Made by a program: the position numbers and the translations under genes
The notes under the pieces: model-generated
The model's input: the letters and a program-made list of their open reading frames with translations, nothing else
The model's database searches: none
Told to the model about the DNA's origin: nothing
Shown: one piece after another, positions 1-9,767 of the stretch
How the letters are laid out: each line of letters starts with the position of its first letter
How positions within the stretch are numbered: position 1 is the first letter of the stretch
From: an uncultured Candidatus Saccharibacteria bacterium
GTDB lineage: Bacteria; Patescibacteriota; UBA1384; 2-12-FULL-50-11
Assembly (NCBI GenBank): GCA_964358205.1
Contig: CAYHNZ010000004.1
Location: forward strand, 1-46,517
Direction of reading: 5' to 3'
DNA: 46,517 bases

Positions 1-2
1 TA

Positions 3-206
3 ACCATCACTTGCTGTAGTCTAGTTCTTGTGATGATTCAAGACAAGGAACACCCCGGAGTACTGGTCTACGCCCTAGTGTTCTTTCTGTTGCTAACTCT
101 GGTGTCTTACCTGTTACTACAACAATATCTCGAGGCGGATCAGGTTAGCCAAAGCCAACCCCAGTTAATCTCCCCCGCTCTCGACATAAACGATATTTTT
201 AAGTAA
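3..206 (+). CDS. 3' part of a small membrane protein (runs off the left edge)
   Basis: Open frame from window start to TAA at 204-206; hydrophobic stretch VLVYALVFFLLLTLVSYLLL; followed by a hairpin. Confidence 0.55.
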   Translation, partial: TITCCSLVLVMIQDKEHPGVLVYALVFFLLLTLVSYLLLQQYLEADQVSQSQPQLISPALDINDIFK

Positions 207-212
207 AAAAGA

Positions 213-242
213 GCGGCGGAGGTGCTTATGCACGTCCGCCGC
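213..242. terminator. GC-rich hairpin between convergent genes, probable terminator
   Basis: GCGGCGGA-GGTGC-TTAT-GCAC-GTCCGCCGC preceded by an A-run (U-run on minus strand). Confidence 0.6.
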
Positions 243-267
243 CGGTGTTCAGGGGTTAGGTTGTCTC

Positions 268-747
268 CTACCAGCTGTCCCAGGCGTCGCCTTGGTTAGG
301 CTCAACATTGCCACGTCTCAGGTCGAGACAGAAATTCTTAATCGCTTCCAGGTCATTCGACACAACCTCAACTTCGGTGTCGATTGAGCCATCTTTGTTG
401 TAGCCCCTTGTCCTGTCGACGAGTGCCGTCAGAGATTCCTGGTGGTAAAGTCCACACGTGGGACCATCGCCAACGACCGTGAAGGCAAATCGCCACCGAC
501 CTGCTCTGACCCCTTCGATCTCGCTGAGATCGTAGTTTTTCATGAACTGAACCACGAGCCAGAAATCGGCTGATTTCTGGTCTTGGCCGAGCTGGATGTG
601 AAATGGGCAGGGTAGTTGCTTGTAGCCGTTTGGCGTCAGTTCCAACCACTTTCGGTTGATGACGGCTTCAAGGCTGAGTTCGCAACGAAGTGTTCCTTTT
701 TGTAAAAATACCATTGTTTTTCTTTTATCGTCCGCCCAAACTGGCAC
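268..747 (-). CDS. hypothetical protein
   Basis: 159-aa ORF ending near the hairpin; no recognised motif; start uncertain. Confidence 0.5.
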   Translation of the reverse strand: MPVWADDKRKTMVFLQKGTLRCELSLEAVINRKWLELTPNGYKQLPCPFHIQLGQDQKSADFWLVVQFMKNYDLSEIEGVRAGRWRFAFTVVGDGPTCGLYHQESLTALVDRTRGYNKDGSIDTEVEVVSNDLEAIKNFCLDLRRGNVEPNQGDAWDSW

Positions 748-839
748 GGAAGATCTCTTGATTCAACGACCACTCGCCAAATCAAGGAAACTATACCATA
801 TACAGCGGTATAAGTCAAGGGTTTTAGGCCAGATTTACT

Positions 840-1006
840 GAAGTCTAAAGGCGAAAATCCGAAGTCTAGCTATCAAGGCTAAAGCGACAAGTCTGAAGTC
901 TGATTTAAAGCTAAGGTAACAAGTATCAAGTTTTGGAATCGAGACACCTAAGACTTTTAACTTAAGACTTAATTCAGACTTGAGCCTTCAGACTTGAAAC
1001 TTTGAC
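840..1006. repeat. inverted array of short repeats (AAGTCT units then AGACTT units)
   Basis: AAGTCT-type units in 841-901 followed by complementary AGACTT units in ~951-996. Confidence 0.75.
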
Positions 1007-1011
1007 GCTCG

Positions 1012-3414
1012 TCAGCCTAAAGTCACTTCCACAAAATGGCTGCCGCCGGCGAACGGGCGAATGACATTGCCGGTCAGGCGGACGCCGTCAACAATAATCC
1101 GGTCGATGCCTTTGGAAACTCGAAAAGGGTTGAGTATACGAATGTGATAATCGGCGTCGCGGAACCGTCGCGTCACTTCGACCTGCCGCCAATCTTTGGG
1201 TAAGCAAGGATCAATTTTCAGTCCACCCAGAACCGGCTGAACGCCGAGAATATAATCGAGACAGCCTCGCCAGAACCAGGAAGCCGAGCCGGTCGCCCAA
1301 GCAAAAGAACCGCGACCAAATTCCGGATGTTCTGGTCCGTAAACAAATTCGGCGTAGACATACGGCTCGATTCTATAAATTTCCGGATCTGCCACGCGGT
1401 AAGTAAAATTAGTTTCTTGCCAAAACTTGAAAGCCTGATCACCGCGGCCAAGCATTGCTTCAGCGATCACTGCCCATGAAACCGGATGGTTGAAAATGGC
1501 GCCGTTTTCTTTCGTGCCCGGGGCAAACTGTGAAATGACGCCGTATTTTTCCTCCGGGTGCTGAAAGGCCGGCAGGAAAATCGCTGGGCCGTATTTGGTG
1601 TTGAGCCGTTTCCAAACCGCATCCATCGCTTTTATGCCCCGCTTTTCGTCGGCCACGCCCGAGAGGACCGCCCAAGTTTGGGCACTGATATCAATTTTTT
1701 GATAGCGATTCTTTTTTGACCCAAGCGGGGAGCCGGAATTAGTCGTGGAACGGATATACCACGAGCCGTCCCAAAAGTATTTATTGATCGAGTCTTTAAT
1801 CTTGTCGTAAGTCTGTTGATACTTGGCCACCAGAGCGTGCTCACCGACACCTTCCAAAATTGGTGCCATTTCTCGCAAGTTGTAACAGATCTGGCAGGCG
1901 ACCATCTGCGACTCACCCCCGCCCTGACGCTCGGGGTTGAAAGCGTCGTTCCAGTCGGCAGTCAAACGATACGGCAGGTGTCGTGGCGACAGATGCTTCA
2001 AACTATACTCAATCGCCCTGATTAAATGCTGTAAAACCGTGCCCGAACCGGAATCATAGTAGGGTATCGTCTCTTTTAGGAATCCTAAATCACCAGTTTC
2101 CTTCAAAAAGAAAATCGCCGAAAGCACCAGCCACTGCGGATCGTCAGAGTGATTAGTGACCTTTCCTTCGCGGGTTAGCTTGTCCCAATTATGAACCGTT
2201 CGTCCCTCCTTGAGTTGGAAACCAAGCAGGTTTTTCAGCTGCTGTTTGGCCAAAACAATGTCGTTTGGCATAACGCCGATAATGTGTTGGCACATATCGC
2301 GAAAACCGATCGTTGCCGAGCCACCGCCGATGTAATACGAGTCCATCAACGACCAATTGGCAGTCACCCAGGCCTGATACTTATTCCAGTAGTTAAACGA
2401 AATATCGAAGGCTTCTTCGGGGGTTTTGGCGACGGTTTTAGCGTTGTAGGAATTCCAAAAATTTTTAACTGCGGCGAAGGCGGCGTCGATCTCGCCAGGC
2501 CGTTTATACTTGTCGACAATCGCTTTGGCTCGTCGTTCACCAGTTGCCATCGCCTGATTAAAACTCTTCGATTCAGGCTTGGTTTCGACAGCGCCGAGAA
2601 TGGCATTGAGATTGGTCGTGGCGCCAGCACTAAGGATTATATTTTTTTGCAAAACGCCGACAGCCCGATGTCCCAAGCCCTGACTACGGGAACATTTACC
2701 GTCGACCACTGCTTGGGGGCGAATGATGTCGCCGTAGACTCCGGTAAACTTGTCCTTTTGACAATCAAAACTATCAACTTTATGATCGAGGGCAAAGTAA
2801 GCCACTTTGTCCCAGAACAACCCAGTTTCGCTGGCTGTTTCCCAATGCCTTTTCCCAGCAAAAATAATATCATTTTTAAATTCGGTGTGGTTAAAAAGAT
2901 CGTTGAAACTGGCTTCCTGGGAATTGCTTTTTTGCTGACCCAAACTCCACTCGACGAAAAAGAAAACGCTCAAATTTCGCCTTTTATCGCCCGAATTAGT
3001 CAGTTTTGTTTGCCATATTTCACAATTATCGCTTTGGGGCACGAAGAACAGTACCGAGCCATCGATGCCATTGTTAGCTGATTCAATAGCGGTGTAGCCA
3101 ATGCCATGTCGAGCCTCAAAATGATCAGGCTTTTTCATCACCGGCTGCCAACCTAAACTCCAAAATTCGCCACTGTCGTTATCCCGAATATAAATATAGC
3201 GACCTGGCCGATCTTCAATGACAACATCGCCCGGTATTTTGCGGGTAATATGGTTGTAGCCAGCGTCACCAACAAACGAATAACCGCCGCCCGTTTGGGA
3301 AATCTGGGCGACATACTCGCCGTTAGTCACAAAATTTACCCACGGCCGCGGCGTATCAGGCCGATGAATAATAAACTCATCACCAGTTTTCGAAAATTCG
3401 CCGTATGGTTCTAT
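1012..3414 (-). CDS. GH94 glycoside phosphorylase (cellobiose/laminaribiose/chitobiose phosphorylase family)
   Basis: Motifs GFRDMCQ, SDDPQWL, DWND, KENGAIFNH, TGSASW; conserved N-terminus YGEF..EFIIHRPDTPRPWVN lies upstream of the ORF-track start (3330), giving an ATA start at 3414 behind GGAGG. Confidence 0.9.
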   Translation of the reverse strand: MEPYGEFSKTGDEFIIHRPDTPRPWVNFVTNGEYVAQISQTGGGYSFVGDAGYNHITRKIPGDVVIEDRPGRYIYIRDNDSGEFWSLGWQPVMKKPDHFEARHGIGYTAIESANNGIDGSVLFFVPQSDNCEIWQTKLTNSGDKRRNLSVFFFVEWSLGQQKSNSQEASFNDLFNHTEFKNDIIFAGKRHWETASETGLFWDKVAYFALDHKVDSFDCQKDKFTGVYGDIIRPQAVVDGKCSRSQGLGHRAVGVLQKNIILSAGATTNLNAILGAVETKPESKSFNQAMATGERRAKAIVDKYKRPGEIDAAFAAVKNFWNSYNAKTVAKTPEEAFDISFNYWNKYQAWVTANWSLMDSYYIGGGSATIGFRDMCQHIIGVMPNDIVLAKQQLKNLLGFQLKEGRTVHNWDKLTREGKVTNHSDDPQWLVLSAIFFLKETGDLGFLKETIPYYDSGSGTVLQHLIRAIEYSLKHLSPRHLPYRLTADWNDAFNPERQGGGESQMVACQICYNLREMAPILEGVGEHALVAKYQQTYDKIKDSINKYFWDGSWYIRSTTNSGSPLGSKKNRYQKIDISAQTWAVLSGVADEKRGIKAMDAVWKRLNTKYGPAIFLPAFQHPEEKYGVISQFAPGTKENGAIFNHPVSWAVIAEAMLGRGDQAFKFWQETNFTYRVADPEIYRIEPYVYAEFVYGPEHPEFGRGSFAWATGSASWFWRGCLDYILGVQPVLGGLKIDPCLPKDWRQVEVTRRFRDADYHIRILNPFRVSKGIDRIIVDGVRLTGNVIRPFAGGSHFVEVTLG

Positions 3415-3469
3415 CTAATCCCTCCAGGATTTATCATAACAAGGCCAATTGACTAAGAGAAATGTTCGG

Positions 3470-4429
3470 CTATTTTACTCGAGAAGAAACCAACAATGGC
3501 TGTCGAACACTTTCCAGTAATACGTCGTGATTAACCCGAGAGGTAATAGTTGGGTCGGAACTCCGTTGAATTAGGTCACTCACGACGTTGGCTAAGAGCT
3601 GCTTGTAGCGATAGTCTTTGGTTTGGTCGTCGTCAAGTTCATACTGACTTTTCCCATCGGAAATAATCATTCGCTCGGGTAACCAACCAAATGTTGTGAT
3701 AGTGCCCCTTTCAAATAGATACTTTGTCTCAACTGATTCTTGTTGGTTACTGACATCTAGATTTGCCGAAAGAGTCGCTTTAACGGTAGGGAAATCAAGC
3801 TCAATGAGATGAGCATGACCAGGTTTTTGTTGGCAATGAAATTCGATCGGCTTCTCCCCGACAATATAGTTGTAAAGGTCGATAAAATGACAGTAGGTAT
3901 TTAAGAAGAATCCGCCGCTGGTACTACTGTCCCAATACCAATGATCCTCGGGGTACCCCGCCATCAGGGCGTGGGTAACGATTTCTTTCAGTTGCCCAAA
4001 TTTTCCCTCCTCAATGACTTTCTTTATCTGTTGGTGAAATGGGTGGTAACGTAAAATGAGGTTGGCCGCTAAACTTTTGCCTTTACTTTCGGCCAGCCCA
4101 ATTAATTGTTTGGCGTCGGCCACGGAAAACGCAATTGGTTTTTCAACCAGAACATTTTTCTCGTTTTCCAACGCTTCCATTGCTAGCTGAAAATGAGTAT
4201 TGGGCGGGGTAAGAATGATGGCTATATCGACAGAGTCTAATTCAAATAGCTCGGTCGGGCTTTTAGCAACAGTCGCAATCTCCTGTTGCTGGGCAACTCT
4301 ATTGGCCTGTTCAACGTCAAGATCGGTAATGGCTACAACCTCTACATTGGGCAGAAACTGTCGGTAAGCCCTCAGACACATTTCGGTAAATGCCCCGGCA
4401 CCGACGAATCCCAACCGAGTTTTGCTCAT
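3470..4429 (-). CDS. Gfo/Idh/MocA family NAD(P)-dependent oxidoreductase
   Basis: Rossmann GFVGAG, TPPNTH, VLVEKP motifs. Confidence 0.9.
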   Translation of the reverse strand: MSKTRLGFVGAGAFTEMCLRAYRQFLPNVEVVAITDLDVEQANRVAQQQEIATVAKSPTELFELDSVDIAIILTPPNTHFQLAMEALENEKNVLVEKPIAFSVADAKQLIGLAESKGKSLAANLILRYHPFHQQIKKVIEEGKFGQLKEIVTHALMAGYPEDHWYWDSSTSGGFFLNTYCHFIDLYNYIVGEKPIEFHCQQKPGHAHLIELDFPTVKATLSANLDVSNQQESVETKYLFERGTITTFGWLPERMIISDGKSQYELDDDQTKDYRYKQLLANVVSDLIQRSSDPTITSRVNHDVLLESVRQPLLVSSRVK

Positions 4430-5409
4430 CCTAATTGCTGGAGTAGTTCAACAAATCTTTGACGGGCTAATGGCAAGGCTTGGCGGGCCTCTTGGATGGC
4501 GGCCGGTTTTTCACCTGGTCGAGGCTGGTCGTAGTAGTCGTACCACTCGGCGAAACTACTCAAGAGACGAGCGGCCATCATTTTGGCAACTTGGACGGTC
4601 TCGTTTTTTTCCGCTTCCGTCTGGCATTGATCGAACATTGCCTTTAGCAGGGCCCGACCCAATTCGGGTCGATCGTAAGCAAAGCTCCAAACAGTCATCC
4701 AATCAATCGCCTTTGGCCCCCAAGCCGCCTCGCCCCAATCGATCACGAAGAAACCATTTTGACCCTGTAGAATATTGGCTGGTGCCAGATCGGTATGAAT
4801 AATGCTGCTACTTTCACTGACTGACAGCGGCTGGCTTAAAATTAGCTTAAGAGTATTAAGCATCTCCGGACCAAGGTGTTTACTCACAAACCCCTCTCTT
4901 TGGTTAAATTCTTTGAGCCACTGGGCTTGCCAGTCCCGATGGTTAAGTAGAGCTCGGTTGACACCTTGACTCATTTGATCGAGCGCCTGACGCAGCTCGA
5001 CCACAAATTTTATCAATTGAGTGGAGTCAATTTCTGATCTGAACGAATGGTTACCGACCGGAGCACCCGCTAATTCTAACCGAAGGATCCACTCCGGCGG
5101 CGAATCGAAATTCACCTTGATGGTCTTTTGCGCCGGGAGGCCGCCTTGCGCCAACCAGTCATTGATATGACGCGCGACAGTTTCGCTTTGAATAAATTTT
5201 TCTCGCGGATTAACCTGGCCAGGTGTCCTAACTTTTAGCCGGACGGGTATTTTTTTACCTTCTTCGTCCTGGACGCCAGCGATGAGAATTTTGTGAGCAG
5301 GCAGGACTCGCCAGGTAGAAAAATGGAGGTTTTCGAGGGGAGTGACATGGAGACTGGCCAAAATACTTGGTACAGCTCGGATCAGCTCCTCGTTAGTTAG
5401 TTCGGTCAT
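4426..5409 (-). CDS. aminoglycoside/choline phosphotransferase-like kinase
   Basis: IHTDLAPANIL and VIDWGEA motifs; 4-bp overlap with the downstream gene. Confidence 0.8.
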   Translation of the reverse strand: MTELTNEELIRAVPSILASLHVTPLENLHFSTWRVLPAHKILIAGVQDEEGKKIPVRLKVRTPGQVNPREKFIQSETVARHINDWLAQGGLPAQKTIKVNFDSPPEWILRLELAGAPVGNHSFRSEIDSTQLIKFVVELRQALDQMSQGVNRALLNHRDWQAQWLKEFNQREGFVSKHLGPEMLNTLKLILSQPLSVSESSSIIHTDLAPANILQGQNGFFVIDWGEAAWGPKAIDWMTVWSFAYDRPELGRALLKAMFDQCQTEAEKNETVQVAKMMAARLLSSFAEWYDYYDQPRPGEKPAAIQEARQALPLARQRFVELLQQLG

Positions 5410-6439
5410 TTTTAGTTAGCTCTGCAATACTTAAATAGGCCAATAAATAGGTAACAATCGACTCTGCGCCTTGATTCTTATTGACCCCACCGGGCGTTAC
5501 GGCGTCGTATATGCCACCCGTTGTCTCGTCAATTAAGGATTTTTCCTGGGAGTTGTTCCCCTTATACCAGCCAAACCAATCGCTAGCGACATTCAAGTAC
5601 TTCTGAGTGTCCGTTAACAGATAAAGTTCCGTCGCCGCTAAAACCATATCAGCTGCTTCTAGCGGCTGTTGGTCATAGGTGGCTTTTTGGCCATTTTTGA
5701 AAAACCAGCCATTTTGGCCAACGGGCGAAGGCTGACCGTTGAGACGGCAGAGACTATCAAGCCAATCGAATGATTTGATCGCTACTTCGCCTGCTGTCTG
5801 GTCTTGAAGAATTCGGGCAGCTCGCGCTAGGGCGTACGGCAAGATACCATTGGCATAAAAAAGTCCGTCCTCAAACCATAACCAGTCGTCAGTCGATTGA
5901 TTATTGAAGATGGCCACTAGTTTGTCGGTCCAACGCTTAGCCTCATCTAGCTTACCTGCCGCCAGTAAGCCGAGCAAAATGTAGGCCTTCGTTCGAACAT
6001 GGGGATGATCAAGGTGTTTTTCGATCGAGGCTCGGCTAAATATTTCATTCGCTTTTTCCGTCAGCTCTTTATCGGCATGGCTGGCCATCACTTCTCCTAG
6101 CACCCAAATTGCCCGGCCGATTGAGTCTTCTGATCCTTCCGATTCGAGTAATTTCTCGGAAAAGCTTAAAAAGTTGTGAAAGCTACCCCCCTCTTTCTCA
6201 ACTCGTTGCAGATAATTAAAATAGACTTCTGCCAAACTTAAAACTGAAGCGTCCTGAAAAAGGCGATAGTGCCAGAGGCAAACAATTAGAGCCCGTGCGT
6301 TATCATCGATTGAGTAGCCGTGAGCCGGATCGGGGACATCGAAATCGGCGTGTTGGATAACGCCGGTCGGTGTTGTTAGTCGTTTCAAATGGCGTAGACC
6401 TGGGGGATCACGAAACAGGTCAAGAAAGTTATTTTTCAT
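5393..6439 (-). CDS. putative alpha/alpha-barrel glycoside hydrolase-like protein usually found with or fused to GT4
   Basis: GVIQHA..HGYSIDDNARAL, DQQPLEA, NQGAES motifs; ATG at 6439 overlaps the GT4 3' end. Confidence 0.7.
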   Translation of the reverse strand: MKNNFLDLFRDPPGLRHLKRLTTPTGVIQHADFDVPDPAHGYSIDDNARALIVCLWHYRLFQDASVLSLAEVYFNYLQRVEKEGGSFHNFLSFSEKLLESEGSEDSIGRAIWVLGEVMASHADKELTEKANEIFSRASIEKHLDHPHVRTKAYILLGLLAAGKLDEAKRWTDKLVAIFNNQSTDDWLWFEDGLFYANGILPYALARAARILQDQTAGEVAIKSFDWLDSLCRLNGQPSPVGQNGWFFKNGQKATYDQQPLEAADMVLAATELYLLTDTQKYLNVASDWFGWYKGNNSQEKSLIDETTGGIYDAVTPGGVNKNQGAESIVTYLLAYLSIAELTKNDRTN

Positions 6440-7646
6440 GCTCTTTGGCCACGATCTCAAAAAGTTCCAGATGTCGCAAAGCAACATTAGGCCAAATCAT
6501 ACTCCGCCCATAGGCGTAGGCCCTCTGGGACATCTTCTGGGTGCCTTCCGGATCACTAAGCAACTGATTTATTTTTTTGGCCAGATCGCGATTGTCCAGG
6601 GGCTTACAGATAACTCCCCTACCGTCAGCTAATACTTCTTTGGCATAAACATAGGGTGTTGAGACACAGGGTCGGCCGGCACTAACCGCGTAAGACAGGG
6701 TCCCGGAAGAAACCTGATCCAAGTTGGGATAGGGAGTAACATAGATATCCGTTGCCCGGAGGTAGCTAACAATCTCGTCAAGAGTTAGGTAACGATTGAC
6801 GAACTCGACGTGATCTTCCAACCCCAGTTTTTTAATCAGCTCTTGTAAGCTCTCTCTATAAATTTCTCCTTCCTGGCGCAAAACGACCGGATGAGTTTCG
6901 CCTAAAAGTAATAGCTTAGTTTGTGGATTATTCTTGATGACTGCCGGTAGTGCTTCGATGGCATATTCGTAGCCTTTAGAGCGGCTGAACAAGCCAAAAC
7001 TGGAGATGATTGTCGAATTGGCGTAACCAAGTTTCTTTTTGTAGGGAGCACTTGGCCCAAAAGGGATATCTGGTACGCCGTGAGGTATAGTAACTATCTT
7101 ATTGGGATCGACGCCGTAATATTCACTAAGGAGTTTACCGGCAGCTTCGACAATCACAATCAGTGCCGCCGCTTTTTTAGACATTTCCTTGACGATTTTA
7201 ACCATTTTTGGCTCGGGTTTTTGCAAAACAGTATGAAAACAAATAATAATCGGCTTGGTGATTCGCTCCATAAAAGGCAGAACGTACTCGCCTTGAGTGC
7301 CACCAAAAATACCAAACTCGTGCTGAAGAACGACCACGTCGGCACTCGATTGATTGATATAATCAGCTGCTTTTAGCCAAGTACTTAAATCCTCCTGATC
7401 GATTTTGTATTTGACCTCCCAGGGGTAGGTTCGATGCTCACCACCCGAATGTTCGTCGTCGATGGCGATGATGTCAGCTAAATAGTAGGGATTAAGGATG
7501 TTGATGGCTTTGGTTATGGCGCGAGTGTAGGTAGCGATGCCGCACTCACGAGGAATGTAAGTGGAAACATAAATCGCTCGAACTTTTGGTTCGGTGGCAG
7601 CTAGTTGAGCAGCTAATTTTTGTTGTCGTAATAATGCTGGTGTCAT
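6429..7646 (-). CDS. glycosyltransferase family 4
   Basis: PRECGIATY, QHEFGIFGG, IPHGVP, KGYEYAI, SGTLSYA motifs. Confidence 0.9.
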   Translation of the reverse strand: MTPALLRQQKLAAQLAATEPKVRAIYVSTYIPRECGIATYTRAITKAINILNPYYLADIIAIDDEHSGGEHRTYPWEVKYKIDQEDLSTWLKAADYINQSSADVVVLQHEFGIFGGTQGEYVLPFMERITKPIIICFHTVLQKPEPKMVKIVKEMSKKAAALIVIVEAAGKLLSEYYGVDPNKIVTIPHGVPDIPFGPSAPYKKKLGYANSTIISSFGLFSRSKGYEYAIEALPAVIKNNPQTKLLLLGETHPVVLRQEGEIYRESLQELIKKLGLEDHVEFVNRYLTLDEIVSYLRATDIYVTPYPNLDQVSSGTLSYAVSAGRPCVSTPYVYAKEVLADGRGVICKPLDNRDLAKKINQLLSDPEGTQKMSQRAYAYGRSMIWPNVALRHLELFEIVAKEHEK

Positions 7647-7695
7647 ATCTCAATGGTTAGTTGTGCCCACATTGTAGAGTAATTAGTACGCCTAA

Positions 7696-8691
7696 TCAAT
7701 CGACCTGATGCTTTCCGTTGAGGTAATCAGCCGCCACTTCCGGACTAAAGACATCGATCACCACACCGCTACCCATCTCGTAGCCGCCAAAATTACCTAA
7801 TCTTGGAGCGATCTCGAGATGCCAACGGTAGTACTCGGCTTCTTCAAGCGAGTTAGGCGCCGAGTGAATATAAAAGTTGAGCGCCGGCTCGTTAAGAGCG
7901 CTGTTGATTTTAGCCATTGTTTTAGCCAAAACGGGGATCAACCCAGCCAGCTCGGTGGCGGAAATTTTGTCGAAGCGGCTGGTTTGGTATTTCGGCACAA
8001 TCCAAGTTTCAAACGGAAATCGAGCGGCGTACTGGACAAACGCAATGTATCGGTCGTTTTCGGCGACAATCCTTTTGGCGAATTTCTGTTCGTGGGCGAC
8101 TAGATCGTCAAAAGGGCTCCGGCTATTCATCTCAAGATACCGCTGGCACTCGGCTAATTCGCGAGTAATCAGGTTTGGAATAATATTGGATGAGAAAATT
8201 TGGGCGTGGGGGTGGATGATCGAAGCGCCGGCGGCTGACTTTTCATTATAAATTGCCATGGTGTACTCGTTGTTGCAAAGTTTATCGAAATGTTCGTAGC
8301 GTTTCTTAATTATTACCAATAAATCTCGCCAGGTACTGTGATCAAATTTTGGTAGCGGTTGGTCGTGGTCTTTGATAATTATTACGTCGTGTCCACCAAG
8401 TGATGGTTTGGCTAAGAAAAAATTGTTTTCAACTTTATATGAGCGCTCGCTACAACGCGAAGGATCTTCAACGAAAGCAGGGAATTTATTCGGGATGACA
8501 TAAACTAGTTCTGTCTCGTAGTGCTTAAGGCGATCCTTGGTGTAGTTATCGTTATTAACGCAGAAAGGGCAATTCTCTTTGGAGGTTGGAGTTGGTTGGC
8601 TGGCGACGACAAACTCACTCGGTCGTTTCGCTCGCTCCGGTGCAATCACTACCCAATCCCCAGTAATTATATTCTGTCGCAATTGAGGCAT
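7696..8691 (-). CDS. galT: galactose-1-phosphate uridylyltransferase-like (HIT superfamily)
   Basis: LRQNIITGDWVVIAPERAKRP, CPFC, NKFPA, AGASIIHPHAQ, WHLEIAP. Confidence 0.85.
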   Translation of the reverse strand: MPQLRQNIITGDWVVIAPERAKRPSEFVVASQPTPTSKENCPFCVNNDNYTKDRLKHYETELVYVIPNKFPAFVEDPSRCSERSYKVENNFFLAKPSLGGHDVIIIKDHDQPLPKFDHSTWRDLLVIIKKRYEHFDKLCNNEYTMAIYNEKSAAGASIIHPHAQIFSSNIIPNLITRELAECQRYLEMNSRSPFDDLVAHEQKFAKRIVAENDRYIAFVQYAARFPFETWIVPKYQTSRFDKISATELAGLIPVLAKTMAKINSALNEPALNFYIHSAPNSLEEAEYYRWHLEIAPRLGNFGGYEMGSGVVIDVFSPEVAADYLNGKHQVD

Positions 8692-8721
8692 CACACTTTC
8701 AGTGTAACTGAAAGTAATTAA

Positions 8722-8854
8722 CAATTTTCAATTTTCAGTTTTCAATTAATGACTCAATTCTCAATATTCAAAAAATGATCAATTAATCATAAAAAAATTG
8801 AAAATTATGACATTGAAAATTCACTGAAAATTGAAAATTCGAAAATTGAAAATT
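8722..8854. repeat. inverted heptamer array (TTTTCAA)n...(TTGAAAA)n
   Basis: Directly visible tandem degenerate 7-mers, first in one orientation then the complement. Confidence 0.85.
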
Positions 8855-8857
8855 GTC

Positions 8858-9343
8858 TCAAGTCATAAAGACTTGAGAAAGGGCGATTGCCACCGCATCG
8901 GCGGCGTCGTCGCCGAGTTTCTTTTTCTCGTCGATATTAAAATAATGACGGACAAAATTTTGGACATCTTTTTTCTTGGCTTTGCCGTTGCCGAGCAAAA
9001 CTTTTTTCAGCCGCAGCGGCGCAATTTCCACAATCTCGATATTGGCCTGGGCCGCCGCCAACAAAACCACTCCCCGGGCCTGACCGACGGCAAAAGCCGT
9101 TTTGGCGTTGTTGGCAAAAAATATCATTTCGATGGCAATCAAATCCGGCTTGATTTCGTTAAAGCGCTTGACCATCTCGTAGTATATAAAGGAAAGCTTC
9201 TGCGGTTCCGGCGAATTCGGCGTCGTCACAATGCAGTCGTAGTGAATCAGCTGCGGCTTGTCGTCGATAATCTCAATCAACCCCAAACCCAATCTCCCCG
9301 ACCCTGGGTCAATCCCCAAAATTCGCTTCCCCCTCATCAGCAT
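8858..9343 (-). CDS. ruvC: Holliday junction resolvase RuvC
   Basis: ILGIDPG, IAIEMIFF, VGQARGVV, GNGKAKK, DDAADAVAIA. Confidence 0.95.
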   Translation of the reverse strand: MLMRGKRILGIDPGSGRLGLGLIEIIDDKPQLIHYDCIVTTPNSPEPQKLSFIYYEMVKRFNEIKPDLIAIEMIFFANNAKTAFAVGQARGVVLLAAAQANIEIVEIAPLRLKKVLLGNGKAKKKDVQNFVRHYFNIDEKKKLGDDAADAVAIALSQVFMT

Positions 9344-9360
9344 CCAAGTGTACTTGGATA

Positions 9361-9416
9361 ATTTTCAAGTATCAATTTTCAGTTTTCAAATAATTTCCAA
9401 TTTCACAATTTCCAAA
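9361..9416. repeat. half array of the same heptamer family upstream of ruvC
   Basis: ATTTTCA/ATTTCCA tandem units; shares TTGAAAACTGAAAATTGA (minus strand) with 8722-8854. Confidence 0.75.
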
Positions 9417-9455
9417 AAGACTTGACAGCATCAAGGGGGGGGCTACTGTCAAAGT

Positions 9456-9767
9456 ATGGGTGTGAAACGAACGATCATTTGGGTTGCACTGGCGCTTTCT
9501 ATCGGTATCTTGGTTGGCTTTGGATTTCGAGGTCCTATTGCCAACCTTCTCAATATTAACGCTCAAGGAACGACGGCAAATTTTGGCCTCATCGTCGGTA
9601 ATCCCGAACAAAAATGCAAGCCACCCAAGATCTGGACTGGCAACGGTTGCGCTGACACTAACTCCTGGACCGTCGCTGATTGGCGCTACTTCTGGAACTG
9701 CCTACAAAACGGCCAGAGCCAAACAGTCTGTGCCGGAAAAACGGAAGCTGGTAGAGGCCGAAAGTAG
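9456..9767 (+). CDS. small exported/membrane-anchored Cys-containing protein
   Basis: N-terminal hydrophobic helix, four Cys; TTGACA at 9422; stop abuts the yebC stop. Confidence 0.6.
   Translation: MGVKRTIIWVALALSIGILVGFGFRGPIANLLNINAQGTTANFGLIVGNPEQKCKPPKIWTGNGCADTNSWTVADWRYFWNCLQNGQSQTVCAGKTEAGRGRK

Noticed and set aside
8858-9343. RuvC as TnpB/Cas12 effector
   Set aside because: 161 aa with classical resolvase motifs, near yebC as is usual for ruvC
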